Origin: Cyanidioschyzon merolae
Lineage: Eukaryota
Direction: 5' to 3' (one strand)
Length of the DNA: 64,000 nt
Assembly: GCA_000091205.1 (NCBI GenBank)
Contig: AP006495.2
Shown: piece after piece, positions 57,024 to 64,000 of the stretch
Numbering within the stretch: the stretch's first letter is position 1
Layout of the letters: each line of letters opens with the position of its first letter
Notes under the pieces: generated by a model
The model's input: the letters and a program-made list of their open reading frames with translations, nothing else
Database searches by the model: none
Told to the model about the DNA's origin: nothing
Made by a program: the position numbers and the translations under genes

Positions 57024-60000
57024 GTTCGAGCGCACGACACGCACCAACAAACGCCCCTCTAAAGTCGAACGACGCCAGCGGTATGCAGTAGTGGCGTGTG
57101 ACGCGCCCTAAACAAGACGACTCCAACTGACGTAGAGACGCCCACCAGGCGTTCTCGGCGGTCCATGTACTAATGCTTTCAATCATGTCTCATATAGTTC
57201 AACATTGGGAGGTTGTCCAATAAAGTTCGCTCTTGTCCATTATGAGGTCTTCTTTCCATCACCGCACATTTGTTTATATTAATTGCGCCATAAACATCTC
57301 GGTTCACAAACTCCATACGTTTCTTGCCATTAGAAGTTGTACTTTCTAATGCGAGCAATCCTCGAACAATCGCCCACCTTTCCATTTGCTCTTCCGTCAG
57401 CGCTCCGTACGTTTTTATATCCTCAGGGCTCCGCTGGCACTTTTCTCTTTCGGCTCTCTGAAGTGTACATCCCAACTCGTGGATTGTATACGATGTTCGG
57501 AACTTATGTACAGGTATCCTAGCGAAACGCCTTGCGCAATCCTTATATATTCTTGTCGTGGGAGCTGGTGTAGTCCCTTTTTTGGGCGCCCAGCGCCCTG
57601 CTCTGCACGCTACTACGAGCTTTTGACTTTGATCCTCTTTGAGGGCACTGAACTGATTGAAAAAGTTGACGAATCCACGCTGCTTCCCACAGCACAGATA
57701 CATTCGCGATAGAGCCCACATGGGCTTTAGATATTCTTTCCAAAGCGCCTCCCAATGAGCAACGCGAACTTCCATGAATTTCAGAAAAGCTTGAAAGTCT
57801 GCTCATCGGATCGTCAGCTCGCTCGAAGCTCTCAGGTGCTCCTTGATTTATGCATTCCATGTCTCAGTTTTCTTCCTCGCATTCTTTATACCGGATTCTC
57901 GATAATATCTAGTTCTTGAGAACCTCAATAGACGCATGTCGCTCTCACGTAAGCTGCCGTCAATGCCATCTTCCGCACGCTTGGGAGCAACGATGGTTAT
58001 GCTATTCGTATTCGCAGGGTCCGCCCCAACGACAAAGTCGTTATCCTGCACCTCCTGCGTCGCTGGATCTGCCTCTTTGATTTCTTCATGCTTCGCAGAG
58101 GGCGAAGCGAAAGGCACGATAGGACGATCCATCTTCAACCGCCAATAGTGCACACACATGGCTACACCATCGGTTTCGACCATCCCAGCGAATACCTTTT
58201 GTTTGCTCACTTTGAGACGTTTGAAATAGAAGATACTCTTCTTACCGTATGTCTCACGGGCTTCACCGGAGAACTCCTCCATTGTAGCATCGAACTCGGG
58301 ACTGATCTCTCTCATGATGCCATGAAGGGTTCTGGAGTCGATACTCACAAAATGTGACTTGATGTTGCACATTGGAACCACGTTGACGCGCCTCCCCATT
58401 AGAATAGCCTTCCGTCTCTCCCACTCTTCATTTGTCTCTACACTCAGCTTCATTTCCGCCTTGCGTTCGAGCTCTCGGTCCAGAAACACGAAATCGCGCA
58501 GAATGAGGCGATAGTATCTTTACTTGTCTTTTTTCAACTCTGATATCTTGTCTATTGGATTCGCCAACCCCAGTACCGCACGGTGCTCTTGTATAACCGC
58601 ACGGATCACAGAAGCTTCATTCGTGCTCCTGAGTGACGCCTTCTTGTCGACGAATTCGACCTCATCTTCATACTATCGATCGTTCATGGTGCCATTGATC
58701 ATCGCCCATATTCCTTTGCGAGAGACGCCCGTGTGGAGTGCAAACACGGCGCATATCATGAAACGTTCGAGGCTCTCTGTTAAATGGTTTTTCAGGTTCG
58801 TAACGTACTTCATCGTTCCGTATATGTAAATATTCGAGTCACCCTTGCATCGAGTACCCTCGAAGCAGAATTCCGCGAAGATTTCGTGAAGAGTGCGAAC
58901 CAGCTCATTTTCCCTCTGCGCTTTCCCTGTACCAAGCATCAAGTGACGAATATGTGTCTGGTCGAAGAGCTTGTCCGGAAGCTCGACCGTTTCCATGTGC
59001 GTCACGTCGCGATACGTCTGCATCACCAAATGCATCAGTCCTGTCGACGCCTTGACAATACTCATGGAGTACGAGTTGACATGTTTTTTGATAGTGTCTC
59101 GAAACTTTTTCTTATATGGATATTCTTTATACGTTTACGAAGACCGGCGTTCACCACCATGTTGTCATAAAGTAGTCTTTCTTGCATGCATCGACGTAGG
59201 GCCTCCCCCTTTTGCTTCTTCATCTCCCCCTGTCCTCTGGACTCCACACTGTTTTCGGTATTTTTTTTCCGGCAGCCGGCGATAATGGGCCTACAGAATC
59301 GTCGACTAGCTTTTTCATAACTTTCTTTTTTTAGCTTTTCTTCTCAAAACAGAACTCTCTTTGAACGCGTCTATTATGTGTTGCGAGAAAACTCTTGAAT
59401 ACACTTGTCTTAGGTTCGAAACACATATGAACTGAAAAACTGTACTTTGCTAGGGCTCGAACGGAAATCCAACTATTACAGCTAAACAACACGCTCCTGA
59501 TCACGATAGCGTTTTCCTTCAACATCGGCGGCATTCGCGTCGTGTCTCATGCCTGCCTGATTTCCCACGGGTGCTAACCGATAGCTCTATTTAGAACAAA
59601 GAAAAAAGAACAGAGACTCGCAGTCCGCGAGCAACGATATAGCGATTTCGTACCCGCTCTACAATAAACGTTGAAAGAGGAAAATCATACAGAATTTTAG
59701 AAAGCTTACTTTCCAGGCGCAAGGTCCAGCGAGCCGGACGAGTATGCAAGGCTCGTGCTCCATGCTCCCCCAGTGGCAAGCGCTTTAGTGCGACCTGACC
59801 AACTCATGCACCAAGCAGTTTATTCTTGCGCGAGGAGCGGGTATGGTGCAAGTGGTCATCGCATTGCTCGAAGATGATTCCTAGTATATTGCTTCGCGCT
59901 GCCGCAGGCTGCACGTCTGTCTCCGCAGTTTGCAGGCTCCCTGAATGATAACGAGTCCGGATTCCGTCTCAGTGGAGCCACACCTCGAGACGACGCCCTC

Positions 60001-60190
60001 AGTAGTCTCGCAAAGCCATTCTTTCGCTGTGATGAGGCTGCACCTTCGGTGTAAGCAATAGGGAAGGCTCGGCACGCTAGAGAACTACAAAACGGCCAGC
60101 ACATCTCGAACGAATTATAGGTAATGGAGTTTGAAAGTAGGCTGAAGAATATCGAGCGCTTTCATTTCTTTCAATATTCATTCCGCTGTC
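56960..60190 (-). mobile_element. Copy B of the Fanzor-like dispersed repeat (leader + ORF + tail).
   Basis: Collinear nucleotide homology with copy A across the leader (59066-60190 versus A 38750-40071), the ORF and the tail (56990-57178 versus A 41915-42080). Boundaries are approximate. Confidence 0.6.
57179..59065 (-). pseudogene. TnpB/Fanzor-like nuclease gene, copy B, interrupted by nonsense mutations.
   Basis: Paralogous to the copy-A ORFs, for example MFLDRELERKAEMKL...[16 protein letters not shown]...[18 protein letters not shown] and KRMEFVNRDVYGAININKCAV. In-frame stops include a TAG at 58675-58673 (where copy A has CAA), a TAA at the ELKKDK junction, and a TGA where copy A has GGA before ADFxAFLKF. 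Confidence 0.7.
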
Positions 60191-60396
60191 AGCGATCCAT
60201 AAAGCAAGTCAACATTTTATCATCAAATGAAACGCCAGAATCAGGTGCTCACCATTTAGGAACACGCGCCGACGCAAATATCGCCGCCGTTGGTCGGCAG
60301 GTACGGCCCGACCTCGCGGGGCAGGCTTCAACTTTGCTGAACGTTCGCTGAACCTCACGTTTCAATTTCTTTAAAGCGTCTGCTGAGGCTTGTCCA

Positions 60397-61443
60397 ATGG
60401 TTGACGAGAAAGGCGATCTCTGTTTATGGGAGCATCTGGTGGCTGGCGGCGGGGCGACACTCTCCGCCGTCAGCGTTATGCACCCGTTGGACACGATCAA
60501 AATCTACATGCAACGCGCTCAGGTGGCAACCGCAGGCGGCAGCGCTAACGTCCGGCCGACAATGCTCGGCGCTGCGCAAGAAATCTTGGCTCAAAGAGGG
60601 CCCGGAGGATTTTACGCCGGCCTAGGTGCCAATCTCAGCGGGCAAGTGCCAGCAGGCGCGATCAAGTTTGCAACTTACGAGCTGCTGAAGCAACACGCCG
60701 TGCAGAAGCGGCTCCCGGCTGCAGCACAGGGTTGGGGCGAAGTCGCCTCTGCAGCGCTGGCGTTTCTGGCCTGCTCTGTAGTTCTGGTCCCCGGTGAGGT
60801 CGTAAAGAGCCGCCTCCAGGCCGGTTTGTATCCGAGCTTCCGCGAAGCGCTTCTGCGTATCATTGAGCAGGATGGCGTTTCTGGACTCTACAGGGGCTAC
60901 TGGGCCACAGTTACGCGTGACGTCCCGTATACGATGCTCGAGTTTGGGCTATACGAGCAGTTTAAACGAGCGTGCATGTGGTCTGTTAAGCGCGATCGAC
61001 TACATTCCTCAGAGGAATGGACCATGGGTGGCCTCGCTGGCGGCGTAACCGGTTGGTGTACCACCCCGCTCGATGTCATTAAGACGAAACTCATGACGTG
61101 TGCACGCTCGCAATACCGCGGCTACTGGGACGCCGCTCGTGACGTTTGGCATCGAGAAGGGCTGAGCGGCTTCTTCACCGGGGGACTCGCCCGCGTGCTG
61201 TGGTTGGTCCCGTTCACAGCGGTGTTCTTCGGCAGCCATGAGATCATCAAGCGATTTTTACGAAGTCGTAAGCGGCAATATTCTACGTTGCGAAGCACCA
61301 GAATCCCTCGGATGGATCCGGAGGCGTCTGCGTCCTCTAACTGCACCTGTCGATACAAGTCCATCAAGTGGTTCGGATCGAGTACTCTTATCTGTGACGT
61401 CCGGATCAAGCCTGCGTATCGCTCGCCTCGACATCCGTTCTAG
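60397..61443 (+). CDS. Mitochondrial carrier family protein, S-adenosylmethionine carrier-like (SLC25A26/Pet8).
   Basis: Three carrier repeats with HPLDTIKIYMQ, PGEVVKSRLQ and TTPLDVIKTKLM, matching the SAMC signatures FPLDTIKTRLQ, PTEVVKQRAQ and TTPLDVAKTRI. ATG at 60397. Confidence 0.85.
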   Translation: MVDEKGDLCLWEHLVAGGGATLSAVSVMHPLDTIKIYMQRAQVATAGGSANVRPTMLGAAQEILAQRGPGGFYAGLGANLSGQVPAGAIKFATYELLKQHAVQKRLPAAAQGWGEVASAALAFLACSVVLVPGEVVKSRLQAGLYPSFREALLRIIEQDGVSGLYRGYWATVTRDVPYTMLEFGLYEQFKRACMWSVKRDRLHSSEEWTMGGLAGGVTGWCTTPLDVIKTKLMTCARSQYRGYWDAARDVWHREGLSGFFTGGLARVLWLVPFTAVFFGSHEIIKRFLRSRKRQYSTLRSTRIPRMDPEASASSNCTCRYKSIKWFGSSTLICDVRIKPAYRSPRHPF

Positions 61444-61667
61444 AAATCTGCTTCACGGGAATGATGCCGTTGTACGCAAACAGCGCAAGCCTGTTTTCGA
61501 CACTTTGATTGTGCCGCGTTGCAAAGCGTACCTCATGGCGACCGCCTTCCCTCTCGGCAAGCACTCGAACACCATTGACATAGGATCACGCCCGTGTTTA
61601 CCGAATGCGTCGCGACTCCATCGTACTAAGGATCCAAGCGATATCCTCTCCCGAAGCAAGCTAATAT

Positions 61668-63650
61668 TCAGCTATCCGCTAAGTTCGTATTCGCGTCTAG
61701 GGGCCGCCAGCCAAGGTCTTGCAAGGCCGTCAAAGAAGCCGATACGCTAGAGCTCCGCCAGCGCGGCGACTTCCAGATCGAGCCGCCCCGAGTCTCCTCC
61801 GTCCAGAGCGGAGCACCGGTATCCCCAACGTGATAGCTGTTCTCGATTCGTACGTTCGTTACACCGATCTGGGCAAACGCTTTCGTCAGCTGCGCGAAGG
61901 GATCCTCGGTGACGCTCCAGTGCGGATCCGCAATGGATACCGAGCGCCCTGACGACACCGAATGTGAGATCGGTGAGTTATCGGGCAAGCATGGGTTCCC
62001 CGTCGCTGGTTTCCTTCGTTCGCCAACAGCACCGAGAGAGACAGAACAAGAGCGCCTAATCGCGCCGCTTGCCATTTGAATTGCCGGGTCCCAGGAGATG
62101 AACGCCTGCTGTGTCAACGGTTCGACCTCTGGGTGTAGCGCTGTACGATTACCTGTAGCGTCACGTTCTGACAAAGAAATACGCTCGTATTCGTCAAAAG
62201 AACGCCATGCGTTGACCATAGCCCCTGATGCTTGAGGCGGTGCCCCTTCGGCTGCATCACCCACAAGCCTTGTTGAGCGTTCTGAGGCCGCGCGCGTCCC
62301 CAGGCCGGGCTCCGCATGCCACGACAAGGGCGAACTGCTTCCCCAGATGCATCCAAGCTTAAACAGATCGTTCTCTCTTGCTGCACTAATCTTGGGAGAG
62401 GCGAACTCGTCAAAGACGAAGTCGTCCTCATTTGGACCCGCCTCGGCACCCGAGATACTCCCTGCGTCCTGCCTCGCATCGATATCAGAGAGCGGCTGCA
62501 GCGTCGCGTTGGAGCAGGGCTTCTTCGTCTGCGTACAGGTCGCGGATCGAAACGCATGCAACGGTGGTGGAGGCCCGTACCTACTCTGGAGAAAAGCCTC
62601 CCGGGATATGGCATCTGTGTTGGAGGCAAACTCATGTCGGTATAAACACGCGGGATCCACGCAGCGTTTCTGGGTCGGTGGCTGCGGCGGTTTTGCGCCG
62701 TTGGATGCCCGCTTTCGAGATATGACCTTTGCGCCGGCGAATGCAACCGCTACCGTATCGCTTGCATCGAGTGGCCTTATTGACGGGTTCCGTCCAGATG
62801 TCCATTGTGCAGACTCAATCTGGCTCTGTTTCCATTCAACGAATGTTTTCAGGTATTGCTCACAGGCCTGGACAAATGCCTCACAATAGCGCACCGTGCC
62901 ATAGGAGACGTGCACTTCATGGCCTTGCCAGCGCGCCCCGTCGTAAAGCTGTATTGCGCGGGTGGCTGCCGCCTCATCTGCATACTCCACATAGACGCCA
63001 GTTCCCTGGACAAAGAGAACTCGTTGGATTCTCCCCGTCTTTCCGAACATGTCCGAGCGCCGAATTGTGTGCTCGGACCAGAGAGATTGGTGCAATCCAC
63101 GAATGCAGATCAAGTTCCGCTGCACGATAAAGGTCTGACGCATTGTTCGTATCCGCTTGGCGAGCTCGTACTCCCGCTGCTCCTGACGTTCCCTCTCTAG
63201 CTGTTCTTGGCGAAGCTGTCGCTCCTTTTTGCGCCTGTTTATTTCACGTAGTCGTTCCTTCTCTGCAAGACGTTCATCACTAAGCTCCTCGCGGAGTTGA
63301 AAGCGGCTCTCGTCGTACGGCGTCCGGCACGCGGGGCACCGGGGGACCTGGCCCTCCTCGCACGCTGTGCGAAGGCGACTCAGGCACCACAGGCACACTT
63401 GATACCCGCACGCGCAAGGAAAGAATGCTTTCTCTGCGGCATCCAGTTCCTCAAGGCAGAGCGGACACTCGCTGCTCTCTTCCGAAGGTTCGCAAGGTGC
63501 CTCATCGGCTGACTTTCCAGAAGCGTGACGGTGCGTAGCCTGGCGCCGCGTCCGTCCGTTTCTTGCCCGCCCGCCTGTCGGCTGCCTAACGCGTTTCAAA
63601 GAAAAAGAACTGTCAGAGGTATCCACAAGTTTGGCACCGCTGAACGCCAT
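61668..63650 (-). CDS. NOT4: CCR4-NOT complex subunit 4 (NOT4/Mot2): RING E3 ligase with an RRM and a C3H zinc finger.
   Basis: RING: CPLCLEELDAAEKAFFPCACGYQVCLWCLSRLR...CPACRTPYDE. RRM: VYVEYADEAAATRAIQLYDGARWQGHEVHVSYGTVRYCEAF. C3H: CVDPACLYRHE. ATG at 63650-63648. Confidence 0.9.
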   Translation of the reverse strand: MAFSGAKLVDTSDSSFSLKRVRQPTGGRARNGRTRRQATHRHASGKSADEAPCEPSEESSECPLCLEELDAAEKAFFPCACGYQVCLWCLSRLRTACEEGQVPRCPACRTPYDESRFQLREELSDERLAEKERLREINRRKKERQLRQEQLERERQEQREYELAKRIRTMRQTFIVQRNLICIRGLHQSLWSEHTIRRSDMFGKTGRIQRVLFVQGTGVYVEYADEAAATRAIQLYDGARWQGHEVHVSYGTVRYCEAFVQACEQYLKTFVEWKQSQIESAQWTSGRNPSIRPLDASDTVAVAFAGAKVISRKRASNGAKPPQPPTQKRCVDPACLYRHEFASNTDAISREAFLQSRYGPPPPLHAFRSATCTQTKKPCSNATLQPLSDIDARQDAGSISGAEAGPNEDDFVFDEFASPKISAARENDLFKLGCIWGSSSPLSWHAEPGLGTRAASERSTRLVGDAAEGAPPQASGAMVNAWRSFDEYERISLSERDATGNRTALHPEVEPLTQQAFISWDPAIQMASGAIRRSCSVSLGAVGERRKPATGNPCLPDNSPISHSVSSGRSVSIADPHWSVTEDPFAQLTKAFAQIGVTNVRIENSYHVGDTGAPLWTEETRGGSIWKSPRWRSSSVSASLTALQDLGWRPLDANTNLADS

Positions 63651-64000
63651 TCAAAAGTCGAACGATGCCGAAGGTGTACAGTAGTGGCGGCAAACGCGCC
63701 CTAGACAAGACGTCCTCAGGCGACGTGCAGACGCATCTGTCTTTTTCGACCGGCCACCTACTACTGGTTCCAACTTTGTCTCATACAGTTCCACTTTGAG
63801 TGATTGTCAAGCAAAGTCCACTCTTGGCCACTCTGGAGGTCTTTTCTCCAGCACCGCACATTTCCTTGTATTGATTGCGGCATTAAAGTCACGATTCACG
63901 AAATCAATCCCTTTCTTGCCACTATTAGTTGTACTTAATAATGCAAGTAGCCCACGAACTTTTGCCCTCCTTTCCATTTGCTCATCCGTCAGCGGTCCGT
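63651..64000 (-). mobile_element. Copy C of the Fanzor-like repeat. Only the tail and the last 64 or so codons of the ORF are in the window; it runs off the right edge.
   Basis: The tail 63651-63806 is nearly identical to the copy-A tail (CCAGTAGTAGGTGGCCGGTC...GTCTAGGGCGCG...CCGCCACTACTGTACACC...GGC(A/G)TCGTTCGA). The C-terminal coding fragment 63807-64000 on the - strand reads LSTTNSGKKGIDFVNRDFNAAINTRKCAVLEKRPPEWPRVDFA*, with a perfect RDxNAAxN RuvC-III motif. Confidence 0.6.

Noticed and set aside
56133-57050. The TTG-initiated extension of ORF 56133-57050 into the tail of repeat copy B.
   Set aside because: The start is called on a non-ATG codon by the track. A real start, if any, is the ATG at 57023 or 56717. 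The overlap with the repeat tail is noted as a finding rather than accepted as coding.
1-64000. tRNA genes, checked by looking for GGTTCGA(A/T)TCC-type T-arm strings on both strands.
   Set aside because: No convincing cloverleaf candidate found by eye, but a proper tRNA scan was not possible. Absence is not established.

Overview
This window is a GC-rich, intron-poor eukaryotic nuclear locus. Every recognisable protein is eukaryotic, genes are long uninterrupted ORFs 1-2.5 kb apart, and there is no operon structure. The organism is not identified; a protist, alga or fungus with few introns is likely.

Housekeeping genes I could recognise:
- A Snf2/Brahma-type chromatin remodeller that runs off the left edge and is absent from the ORF track.
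- A very large GH13-like + GT5 glycogen/starch-synthase + CBM48 fusion protein.
- Organellar GatA amidase.
- RNA polymerase III subunit C11, hidden inside an over-long ORF call.
- Ribonucleotide reductase R1.
- A TFIIIC-type TPR protein.
- IRE1 kinase/endoribonuclease.
- A membrane-anchored histidine acid phosphatase.
- A DDX31/Dbp7-like DEAD-box helicase.
- A bromodomain protein.
- The mitochondrial S-adenosylmethionine carrier.
- CCR4-NOT subunit NOT4.

The most interesting feature is a dispersed repeat of about 3.2-3.4 kb, present in at least three copies and probably a fourth decayed one. Copy A is at about 38.75-42.1 kb on the + strand. Copy B is at about 56.96-60.19 kb on the - strand. 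Copy C starts at 63651 and runs off the right edge on the - strand. The decayed copy D lies at about 15.4-19.15 kb on the - strand. Each copy has three parts: a roughly 1.3 kb conserved leader with no ORF, then a roughly 1.85 kb gene for a TnpB/Fanzor-like (OMEGA-family, RuvC-type) nuclease, then a conserved structured tail of about 150 nt. The tail sits exactly where an omega-RNA would be encoded.

The A and B gene copies are broken by independent frameshift and nonsense lesions. Copy C keeps a canonical RDFNAAIN RuvC-III motif. Three of the four copies end within 100-250 bp of, or directly on, a host start codon.

Other notable items are a 96-bp tandem array of about 5.6 units, a Harbinger-like DDE transposase relic in an AT-richer island, and several trinucleotide or tetranucleotide microsatellites, some inside coding sequence.
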